Source: a virus | Taxonomy: Duplodnaviria > Caudoviricetes | DNA: 43,426 bases | Virus record (IMG/VR): IMGVR_UViG_3300044957_000820 | Span: 1 to 43,426 of that record | Direction: 5' to 3' (one strand) | Part shown: positions 19,401 through 26,996 of the stretch, piece after piece | Layout: each line of letters opens with the position of its first letter | Numbering within the stretch: the first letter of the stretch is position 1 | The notes under the pieces: generated by a model | Told to the model about the DNA's origin: nothing | What the model saw: the letters and a program-made list of their open reading frames with translations, nothing else | Databases searched by the model: none | Position numbers and translations under genes: made by a program

Positions 19401-22400
19401 GCGCCTTCCGCCGCTCACGCAGGCCGAGAAGGAGATGCTCGCTGCGGCCAACGCCCCGCCCGAGGTCGAGCGGTACATCCGCGATGTGCGCGCGCAGTTC
19501 CCCGCCAGCGAAGGCTGGATGCCGATGGAGGTCGCAAAGATCGTCCCCGGCGATACGCCCGCCAGCATGGTGCAGTGGAGGGGGATCTCGCCGACCTACC
19601 ACAACAACAAGGGCATCTCTAGGAAGGGCGCGATCCAGCGCCTTCGCCGCGGAATCGTTGCCGAGGTCCGGTCGATCATCGATCAGGCGCGCGGCGGCGA
19701 TGTGAACTCGCTCGTGATCCTGCGGAACGCGAAGTGGTACAGCAACATGACCGAGGCGCTGTACCGCGAGTGGGGCGGGTTCGCGCCCACGTTCGCGGAC
19801 CTGCTCGGCGCGCTGTCGCCGAACACGCCGGTCCAGACGAACTACGACTTCGCGCTCGAAGCGATCCGCAACTTCTCCGCCGGCAAGTACAGCAACGAGC
19901 TTCGCTCGCTCGCGCAGCATCTCGCCAGCGGCAAGGACGCTGGCAGCTACGACGGCCCGCTGATCTTGCGCGGCGGCAAGCAGTACGGGATCAACTCCAG
20001 AAACGCCATGCTTGCGATGCTCGACGTGTGGATGTCGAACGTCAGCAGGCACGGCTCTGCGCCCAAGGCGCGCAACTTCGGCGGGAACCTGATCGGGCGC
20101 TTCGACAGCCCGACAGTTGACGTGTGGGCCGCGCGCACGGCCCAGCGACTGATGGGGCACAAGCGCATTCCACCGATGGCCGACGGCGGCGTCGGCGGCA
20201 GCTTCCTCGTTGGCGGCGACGTGGGCTCCAGCTACGGCTTCATGGGCGAGGCGCTCGTGATGGCCGGCAACGACCTCGGCATGAACGCGCCCGATCTTCA
20301 GGCGGTGCTGTGGTTCAGCGAGAAGCGCCTGTGGACCGAGAAGGGCTGGACGAACGAGGCGGGCCAGGGTGGCTCTTTCGAAGAGGTCTCGAGAGAGACC
20401 GACGCGATGCGTTCGTTCGCCGGTATCTCCGTGCAGCGCGACGCCCCGCCGAGCCCGACGCTGAAGATGCTCACCGAGGGCGAGCTGATCGCGAACCTCA
20501 CGAACGACCCGGACGTGCTCGCTTGGCGTGCGCCCGACACGCGCGGCGAGTTCTGGGATCCGACGAAGGCGCCTGTCGAGATCACGCAGGAGCACTCGTT
20601 CGACCACGAGGTCGTGCATACGCGTGGCTGGAACAGTGAGTCCTGGATCAACGGGCTGAAGGACATCGCGTCGCGCGAAGGGCAGACCTCGTTCCTGACC
20701 GCGACGGTCATCCCCACCGCCGATGCGCTGCCGACGGATGCGCCGGGCCTTGAGGTCTACCTGCGCGACCCGGTCCCCGAGGGGCACCCGCTCCTGGAGC
20801 GCCTGCGCGAGATCGTCACGCAGGGCGGCATGACAGGGTGGACGATGATCCGCGCCCAGCGCCTCGACATGCTGGATCCGCCCCTGCCGAACCAGTACAT
20901 CGGCATCCGGTCGCTCTACGTCCACGAGTACGTGGGCGCAGAGGGCTCGGACAGGGCCGCCGAGCACGAGAAGGCGCTTCCGGGTATCCTTCAGGCTGAA
21001 TCCAGCATTCAAGCGATCGACGAAGTCGCCTCGGCCGCTACGCGGGCCTACAGGACGAACGTCTACTTCAAGGGCAGGGACTATGAAGACCGAAGCAGGG
21101 TGGATGCCCAAGCTCCTCGCGGAGTTCAGGAAGAATCCGAACAGCAAGCTCGCGAAGGGGACGCTGGCAGCGGTGCAGGAGCAGAAGCGGATGGAGGACG
21201 TGACCTCGACGTTCGCGATCTCGCAGAAGACGACGCCATCTTCGCCGCAGCCGAGCGCGGAGACGAAGAAACCGTCCGCAGGCTAGCTCTGCCGCGCACG
21301 CGGACGCCGCAGTTCCGCGCGTGGTTCGGCGACTCGAAGGTGGTCGACGCGGATGGCAATCCGCTGGTCGTGTACCGTGGCGGCAAGGAGCACACGAACG
21401 TTTGGAACACGAAGGAGAACAGATCGCTCCTTCCCAACGAGCACCTCGGTGTCCACTTCTCGCTAGACCCAGCAACCGCATCTCTGTTCGCTGGCGATGA
21501 CGGCTCTGTCGGGGCGTACTTCCTGTCGATCAGCAACCCGCTGCGACTGCCTGACACCGGAACTGACTGGGGCTCGCATTCGGTCCTGAACGCCCTGAAG
21601 AGCCTCGGCGAGAAGGCCACGCCTGAGCAGCGCCGATTCATGGAGGCGCTCGATGGCAACATGTACGAGGCCGAGGAGAACAACCTCGGCGACGACAGGA
21701 AAGTTCTGGCCGACACGCTTTCCGAACTTGGCTACGACGGCGTCGTTTACCTGAACCGGAAGGAAGGCGTGCGCCCCGGCGAGTCTGCGATTAGGGCGAG
21801 CGACTGGGCCAAGATGTTCGACTTCGCAGGTCGCGCGGCAGAAGGCGTGACTGACGAGATGTTCCTCGAGCTGCAGCCGTGGATGCGTGACGCGTACATC
21901 GCCCTGGAGCCGAATCAGATCAAAAGCGCCACCGGAAACAGGGGGACATTCCGACGCGATGCAGCAGATGTCCGCCTCGCCCTACCGCGTATCGACTCGC
22001 GTCGCCTGGAGCGCGCCAGGGGCACGATCGGCGACGCGATTGCCGAAGGGCGCGGGCTCGAAGGCGGGCGCGCTGAAGGCGACTACGCGAACCGCGCGAC
22101 GGGCGAGAAGACGCGCGGCTTCGCTGCCGGCATCGCAGACCTGCGCGAGCAGGGGCTGGACCCCGTCACGATCGACGAACAGGTCGAGCGCGCGGAGAAG
22201 ATGCTCTCGGACAACCCCGAGGGCGTACGTGCCGAGATCATCAACAAGCTCTCGAACGGTACTGCGCTTCTTCCGCACGAGCAGCTGATCGCGGAGCGGG
22301 TGCGCAACGAAGTCGCGCTCGGCGCGCTGCGGAACCGCAGCGACGAGTCGATGAAGCGCGCCATCAAGATCGGGTGGGCGTACCAGGAGATGCGCGCGCA

Positions 22401-24510
22401 GACCGCGCGCGCCCTGGGCGTCGTCCGGGACGCGTTCCTGCGACTGCGTGACCCGCAGGCGATCATCGGTGACGCGCTCGCTGAGCCGTCGCGCAAGAAC
22501 CGCAGGCGCATCCAGAAGATCCGCAAGGAACTCGCCTCGAAGCCCACCGAGCAGCGGCGCTTCGCGCTCCAGCGCGAACTCGACCAGCTCCTCGAGGAGG
22601 AGTCGCGCATCGCGACGCGCGCCCTGGCACGCCTCGACCGCTCGGGCCTGACGACGCCGACGCCCGAGCAGTTCTCGGACCCGGTGATTCACTCGCGCAT
22701 CGCACGCATCATCGCGAGCGCGAAGGCTGACGGCTGGGACTACCTGCTGGAGTACCGCCTTGCGGCGATGCTCGGCGGGCCGCTCACGCACGTCGCCAAC
22801 TTCGCCGGCAACCAGACGCACCAGTTCTACGAGCAGGTCGCGAAGCGCGTCGCCGAGGCGATGACGAACCTCGTCGTGCGCGACCCGAACGCGGCCACGT
22901 TCGGTGAGGTCGCGACGTGGTTCCGGGCTTGGGTCGGCGGTCTCGCGCAGGCGGGCCACAACGCGATGCTTGCGTTCCGCACCGAGGCTCCGGTGTTCGA
23001 GCGCGATCTGCTGCGTCGAGGCATCGACGTGAAGGAGGCCGGGTCGAAAGTCGACCTTGAGGGCGGAGATGCGCCTCGCATCCCCGGTGCCGTCGGCCGT
23101 GTGCTGCGCGCTCCGTCGCTGACGATGCTCAAGGCGATGGACGAGTTCTTCATCACGCTCGCCGCGACGACGGAAGCGACCGCGCTCGCGTACCGGCAGG
23201 CGAAGGGCAACCCCGAGGAGATGCGTCGCATCCTCGCGGACCCGATGAACAACGTGCACCTCGACGGCCTTAAGATGGCGAAGAAGGTCACGTTCCAGGA
23301 CGGCTCGCAGTCGCCGACTGCGAACATGCTCCTGGCCGCAAGGCGCTCGGTCGATGAGCAGTTCCACGCGCCGATCGGCTCGATCCTGCTGCCGTTCGTG
23401 CGTACGCCGCTCCAGATCTTCAAGGCCGGGCTCGGCATCCCGTTCCACCCGATGACCACGGCGTGGAGACTCGTGCGCGGCGAGTACAGGGGCCAGAACC
23501 ACCTACTCGTGCGCGACGCCGGAGCATCGATGATGTCGATGGGCATCGCTCTCGCGCTGATCAATGCGATGCGGCCTGACGGCGACGACGAGCCGCTGAT
23601 CACCGGCTCGGGCTCGATCAAGCCCGGCGAGCGCGACCTTCAGATGCGTACGCGTCCGCCGATGTCCGTGCGTGTCGGTGACACGTGGTATAGCTACACG
23701 CGTGTCGAGCCGTTCTCGGTCGCCTTCGCGACGACCATCGATCTTGCCCAGGCGGCGAGTGACGCGGCCGCGGCTGGGAACCAGGAGGCGTTCGAGCGCA
23801 CGTTCCTGCGCCTCGTTGGAAGCATCGGCGACCAGATCAACGACAAGACGTTCCTGCGCACGGTCGGAGACGTGTACAAGCTCGCCACGCAGCCGGACGC
23901 TTCCAGCGGCGCACGTTTCGTGCGTGACACGCTCGTCACGTCGTTCATTCCGAACGTGATCCGCCAGCCCGCGCGGGCGATGGATGAGACGATGCGTGTC
24001 AACGCCGCACGTCGCCACGAAGGCGAGGGGGTCTGGGCGGCCACCTGGGCCGACATGGGCTACCAAGCGTTCCCGACGCCGGGCAACGCGCCGCCGATGA
24101 AGTACGACCTGTGGGGTCGCGAGATTCCCCGCGGTGGCGGGTGGTTCCCCGCGCGACTGCTCTCGCCGATGCAGGAGACCGGCAGGGTCAGCAACGTCAG
24201 CCGGATCGACAGGATGCTCGCGACGTGGAACGACATGGTCGAGGCAGGCGAGGTCGTCGGCGACAAGTTCGAACCCGCGCCGCCGCGCTACAACGGCTCG
24301 CGCCGCAAGCAGGAGTACATCTTCAGCGACGAGGAGTACTCGCGCCTGCTGCGCGAGGCGGGCCAGGAAAGCGCGCGTGCGCTCGAGGCGAAGAATCTGA
24401 ACATCGAGTCGCCCACGCAGGACGACATCGATACCGTGAAGCGCGTGATCGAGTCCGCGCGGGCTCGCGCCGTGAACCGCATCCTGAACGACAGAAGGAG
24501 CGCCCGATGA
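16495..24510 (+). CDS. large polyvalent ejection protein (zincin metallopeptidase, HhH-like helical domain, ART-PolyVal-like, LPD38-like C-terminus)
   Basis: 2671 aa; FLHEVGHH; KWY...ALSPN...KARNF...TVDVWAAR...LQAVLW; TPQFRAWFGDSKVVDADGNPLVVYRG...GYDGVV...PNQIKSATGNRGTF; LPFVRTP...YSYTRVEPF. Confidence 0.85.
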   Translation: MPQDPGTQQMTLAEALERQMAGEPIEILNDPDFGALTEKTFGDAISEIDATKLPVAGMFFDAKNLLDLYNAASAAETRDLTPEEFRALWRWSREQNRPTSLGYDVASVLTEMPAFAIETLLGGAVAGRVAAKTGMKAASVGVKRAVRAAVDSMTEAGVARMVGRGAINLGEKAAAALGTSAVTTALMPGRIAASAAERTLAEHVGIDGERAQLVLSGSIPSFLDALPEGALDTWIENFSERSGGMIPLPNAIRALQARVIGEATRRVPGMTAGKILSEIARGAGWDGVLAEMGEERVGDILRAALLDDPWENVIPSGRQLLTEAIAFSVPGAVSTGIQKVAGAAGAPVEVGENAKLQQSERGDEITVDDETARLGREFAAAGGADPAGPVRFHAMPDWMQDLARDVGANVVGVDTGAPLERASGEYRNGTIFIDVNQPAERQLDEVFLHEVGHHLRAASGADWRELAQRLRTIDPEGLDRLREERRGRQFGGRADASLSERERDLLGEETVSTYMEDVAGMLRLALERRSTLARIAERQPSLARSIGRGVVRMLNSVGYRLQMPEALQMAQDLHATLARTETEKRLSPGAAIRVAQEIAAAISGLRSAVLANREAQFYADLEAAPAQEQAQVEQQGAAATQAGIEAQMEAAQPAQAEVPSETVREREARGRDTTLAALAAQEAALEAQAEPSQEVQPSARVQEARAREGTRAAMDAVEAAAQERPEAPVGREVEQRAREGSAAGMAAQEAARLDREPWAARYRNLGVKDLRRLRTRAVTAEAAKAEAVLGRQRGRELTLLRAQVRGGVGSTGERYGVDSRAGARLEKFMRGLTATERARLEMQDVPQVDEIDRVLEVLGSTRRPPTLNASRREREARERQREVQQMLREEPRRYALPRNRAKVVDLPDGTFGVEIDGKVVRTHNARNFAEVDARTVRQVYAVDPELQQQIDAAPTSFQSITPANARKLVRLPPLTQAEKEMLAAANAPPEVERYIRDVRAQFPASEGWMPMEVAKIVPGDTPASMVQWRGISPTYHNNKGISRKGAIQRLRRGIVAEVRSIIDQARGGDVNSLVILRNAKWYSNMTEALYREWGGFAPTFADLLGALSPNTPVQTNYDFALEAIRNFSAGKYSNELRSLAQHLASGKDAGSYDGPLILRGGKQYGINSRNAMLAMLDVWMSNVSRHGSAPKARNFGGNLIGRFDSPTVDVWAARTAQRLMGHKRIPPMADGGVGGSFLVGGDVGSSYGFMGEALVMAGNDLGMNAPDLQAVLWFSEKRLWTEKGWTNEAGQGGSFEEVSRETDAMRSFAGISVQRDAPPSPTLKMLTEGELIANLTNDPDVLAWRAPDTRGEFWDPTKAPVEITQEHSFDHEVVHTRGWNSESWINGLKDIASREGQTSFLTATVIPTADALPTDAPGLEVYLRDPVPEGHPLLERLREIVTQGGMTGWTMIRAQRLDMLDPPLPNQYIGIRSLYVHEYVGAEGSDRAAEHEKALPGILQAESSIQAIDEVASAATRAYRTNVYFKGRDYEDRSRVDAQAPRGVQEESEQQAREGDAGSGAGAEADGGRDLDVRDLAEDDAIFAAAERGDEETVRRLALPRTRTPQFRAWFGDSKVVDADGNPLVVYRGGKEHTNVWNTKENRSLLPNEHLGVHFSLDPATASLFAGDDGSVGAYFLSISNPLRLPDTGTDWGSHSVLNALKSLGEKATPEQRRFMEALDGNMYEAEENNLGDDRKVLADTLSELGYDGVVYLNRKEGVRPGESAIRASDWAKMFDFAGRAAEGVTDEMFLELQPWMRDAYIALEPNQIKSATGNRGTFRRDAADVRLALPRIDSRRLERARGTIGDAIAEGRGLEGGRAEGDYANRATGEKTRGFAAGIADLREQGLDPVTIDEQVERAEKMLSDNPEGVRAEIINKLSNGTALLPHEQLIAERVRNEVALGALRNRSDESMKRAIKIGWAYQEMRAQTARALGVVRDAFLRLRDPQAIIGDALAEPSRKNRRRIQKIRKELASKPTEQRRFALQRELDQLLEEESRIATRALARLDRSGLTTPTPEQFSDPVIHSRIARIIASAKADGWDYLLEYRLAAMLGGPLTHVANFAGNQTHQFYEQVAKRVAEAMTNLVVRDPNAATFGEVATWFRAWVGGLAQAGHNAMLAFRTEAPVFERDLLRRGIDVKEAGSKVDLEGGDAPRIPGAVGRVLRAPSLTMLKAMDEFFITLAATTEATALAYRQAKGNPEEMRRILADPMNNVHLDGLKMAKKVTFQDGSQSPTANMLLAARRSVDEQFHAPIGSILLPFVRTPLQIFKAGLGIPFHPMTTAWRLVRGEYRGQNHLLVRDAGASMMSMGIALALINAMRPDGDDEPLITGSGSIKPGERDLQMRTRPPMSVRVGDTWYSYTRVEPFSVAFATTIDLAQAASDAAAAGNQEAFERTFLRLVGSIGDQINDKTFLRTVGDVYKLATQPDASSGARFVRDTLVTSFIPNVIRQPARAMDETMRVNAARRHEGEGVWAATWADMGYQAFPTPGNAPPMKYDLWGREIPRGGGWFPARLLSPMQETGRVSNVSRIDRMLATWNDMVEAGEVVGDKFEPAPPRYNGSRRKQEYIFSDEEYSRLLREAGQESARALEAKNLNIESPTQDDIDTVKRVIESARARAVNRILNDRRSAR

Positions 24511-24917
24511 AGTACCTGATCTTGGCCTTGATGCTCACGTCCTGCGGTTCGACCGCGGGTGTATTCGGACTGGCGTCAACCGGCGACCTGGAGGAACGCG
24601 CCGAGGATCTCCAGGCGTACGCAGACCGCGCCGCCCTGGCCCGCCAGGAGCAGACCCACGCAGGTGTGCTCGCAGCCGTGGAGCCCATCGAGCCGCTGCT
24701 GCCCGGCCTGGGCAGGTACGTCGAGGCACGGCTCAAGGAGAGCCCGTACACGCCGCCGCCGCCCGTGCCGCCGAAGCCGGAAGAGCCCCTGCTTCCGTGG
24801 TGGATGGAAGAGGCCGCGACCGCCCTCGTAGGCGCGGGGCTGGCCTACGTCGGCGTCAACCGTGTCCGTGACAGCAGGCGTCGTCAGCGCGGCGAGTCCG
24901 TCGAGGCCAAGGCGTGA
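24507..24917 (+). CDS. lipoprotein with C-terminal transmembrane segment (unimolecular spanin-like)
   Basis: AAGGAG RBS; MKYLILALMLTS-C lipobox; Pro-rich linker; hydrophobic ATALVGAGLAYVGV followed by a basic tail. Confidence 0.65.
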   Translation: MKYLILALMLTSCGSTAGVFGLASTGDLEERAEDLQAYADRAALARQEQTHAGVLAAVEPIEPLLPGLGRYVEARLKESPYTPPPPVPPKPEEPLLPWWMEEAATALVGAGLAYVGVNRVRDSRRRQRGESVEAKA

Positions 24918-25273
24918 CGAATCCTCAGGAAAAGGAGGCCCAGGGTCTCCTGAAACATCGGATTGTCGACCGGGAGACATTGGTTCCGGTGAGCATCCTT
25001 CTGGGTGTGTGCAGTGCGGCCGTGGCTGGCGCGATGATGGTCGGCCCAATCATCTTTCAGGCCAAGGTCGACGAAAGCCTGCTACCCATGCAGAAGAGCA
25101 TGCTCGAGCTGAACCACCGGATCGACATCATGGACTCGGGGATCAACGCGCGGCTGCGCGCTCTGGAGGAGCGCGTCAGTGATCGCTGGACCCGCACCGA
25201 CATGCGCACGTGGGTGCGCGAGTTTCAGGCGATGAACGAAAGCAAGGTCAGGGTGCCTGAGATCGAACGCTGA
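24914..25273 (+). CDS. single-TM coiled-coil membrane protein (holin/lysis accessory candidate)
   Basis: Hydrophobic LVPVSILLGVCSAAVAGAMMVGPII followed by a heptad-rich segment. Confidence 0.55.
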   Translation: MTNPQEKEAQGLLKHRIVDRETLVPVSILLGVCSAAVAGAMMVGPIIFQAKVDESLLPMQKSMLELNHRIDIMDSGINARLRALEERVSDRWTRTDMRTWVREFQAMNESKVRVPEIER

Positions 25274-25647
25274 TGGCGCGCGCTGCCTCAAAGGCTCCGG
25301 CCACAGCCGTTCTCGCCGGCGACCCCGAGGGTAACCTCGTCGAGATCACCCAGACGGCCACGCCTGGGAACCAGCTCTACGAGGTGCAGGCCGTTGGGGC
25401 TGTCCGCGACCGCGTCCGCATCTACGCGACGAACAACTCCAGCGCGGCTGTCGATCTGACGATCGAGTGGATGGGCACGACCAACGCCGACAAGATCGTC
25501 GTTAGCGTACCCCCGAAGAACGGGCTCGAACTCGTGGCTGAGGGCTGGGTGCGTAACGCCAGCACTGGCTCGAAGGCCACGATCGCGGCGTTCGCCGCAT
25601 CGGCGAGTGTGATCAACGTGCACGTGGTTGCGGAGAGCGAGCGATGA
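25273..25647 (+). CDS. small beta-rich hypothetical protein
   Basis: 124 aa, translationally coupled on both sides. Confidence 0.65.
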   Translation: MARAASKAPATAVLAGDPEGNLVEITQTATPGNQLYEVQAVGAVRDRVRIYATNNSSAAVDLTIEWMGTTNADKIVVSVPPKNGLELVAEGWVRNASTGSKATIAAFAASASVINVHVVAESER

Positions 25648-26996
25648 CGAAGGTCGTGATCATCTGCGCGGACGACCTGGGCCGCGAGCAGTTCCAGAGC
25701 TACGGCATCGGCGGGATCACTGGCCCCCTGGGCGTCGCGTACCCGGACCTGAGCGAGATCGAGGCGCTGAAGACGAACGGGGTCCGCCTTACGAACTTCT
25801 ACGTGCACGCCTTCTGCTCGCCAACGCGCGCCTCCGAGATCACCGGGCTGTGGCCGGGGAACAGCGGTGTCGGCAACATCATCGAGAACAACAACACGGC
25901 CCCGCTTGTCGAGTCCAATCTGTGCCTCCCCGAGCTTCTGGGCCGCCTGAATCCAGGCATCCGGCGCGCGACGATCGGCAAACTGCACCTCTCGAACCAG
26001 CAGAACGGCGACACCGATGCCTATCGGCGCATGGGGTTCGAGTTCTGGAACGGGTCGCTTCGCAATCTGCCGATCGTGACCAACAGCTACACGACCTACA
26101 GCTACTACGTGAACGGCGAGCTGCGCCGTGCGTACGACTACTGGGCGACACGGAAAACGACTGACGACGCGATTCGCTACCTGCGGAAGTACGCCAACGA
26201 TGACGTGTACTTGCGCGTCTGCTACAACGCGCCGCACGAGCCGTTCCAGCGCCCTCCGGCCGGCACGTACGACAGCGTCACGTGGGTCTGTCCTGACGAG
26301 TACCCCGTGAACCAGACTGTGACCGCGACGATCAGGCCGTACTTCAAGGCCATGTGCGAGAACCTGAGCTATGAGATCGGGCGGCTGCTTGCTGAGATCG
26401 ACTTCGGCGACACACTTGTCTTCTTCTTCGCCGACAACGGAACAGCGACGATCCCCGTTGCCGGCGAGTACAACGGTGTTTCGGGTGCCTATTGGGACGG
26501 GCGAACCAAGCGCACCGTCTATGATGGCGGCATTCGCATCCCAGCATTCGCGCGCGGCTACGGAATCAACAACACGAATCGTGACATCACTCAGCTCGTG
26601 TCTGTGGTCGACCTTTTCCCGACGATCCTCGACCTGTTCGGCCTAAGTCTCCCCGAGACAGCCAGAATCGATGGGCAGAGCTTCACTCATCTGCTCGAGG
26701 ACGCGCCCGGCACCGACCGCCAGTACCTCCTGAGCGAGATCTTTGGCCCAGAGAATGGGCCGAACGCCGGAACGACCGACGGGCGCAGGGCCGTGCGCAG
26801 CGCCACGCACAAGCTGATCTGGATCGACGAAGCCATCGCGGATGGTCCGTCGGAGTTCTACAACCTGAACAGCGACCCCATGGAGTTGACGAACCTGCTC
26901 CCTGGGCCGCTTTCTCCGACGGACCTCGCCGAGTACAACGCGATGATCAACTGGCTGTCTACGCAGTGGTGGGCGAGTCAAGCAGGGCAGACCTGA
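25644..26996 (+). CDS. Cys-type (formylglycine-dependent) sulfatase
   Basis: ADDLG, CSPTRASEITG (CxPxR), GKLHL, YNAPHEP, FADNG, K..YDGGIRIP, VDLFPT, DGQSF, EFYNLNSDPMELTNL. Confidence 0.93.
   Translation: MTKVVIICADDLGREQFQSYGIGGITGPLGVAYPDLSEIEALKTNGVRLTNFYVHAFCSPTRASEITGLWPGNSGVGNIIENNNTAPLVESNLCLPELLGRLNPGIRRATIGKLHLSNQQNGDTDAYRRMGFEFWNGSLRNLPIVTNSYTTYSYYVNGELRRAYDYWATRKTTDDAIRYLRKYANDDVYLRVCYNAPHEPFQRPPAGTYDSVTWVCPDEYPVNQTVTATIRPYFKAMCENLSYEIGRLLAEIDFGDTLVFFFADNGTATIPVAGEYNGVSGAYWDGRTKRTVYDGGIRIPAFARGYGINNTNRDITQLVSVVDLFPTILDLFGLSLPETARIDGQSFTHLLEDAPGTDRQYLLSEIFGPENGPNAGTTDGRRAVRSATHKLIWIDEAIADGPSEFYNLNSDPMELTNLLPGPLSPTDLAEYNAMINWLSTQWWASQAGQT

Noticed and set aside
16099-21147. Very long antisense ORFs (1682 aa here; also 2993-5173, 31180-33774 and others)
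   Set aside because: Shadow frames of GC-rich sense genes; R/A/G-rich translations without motifs
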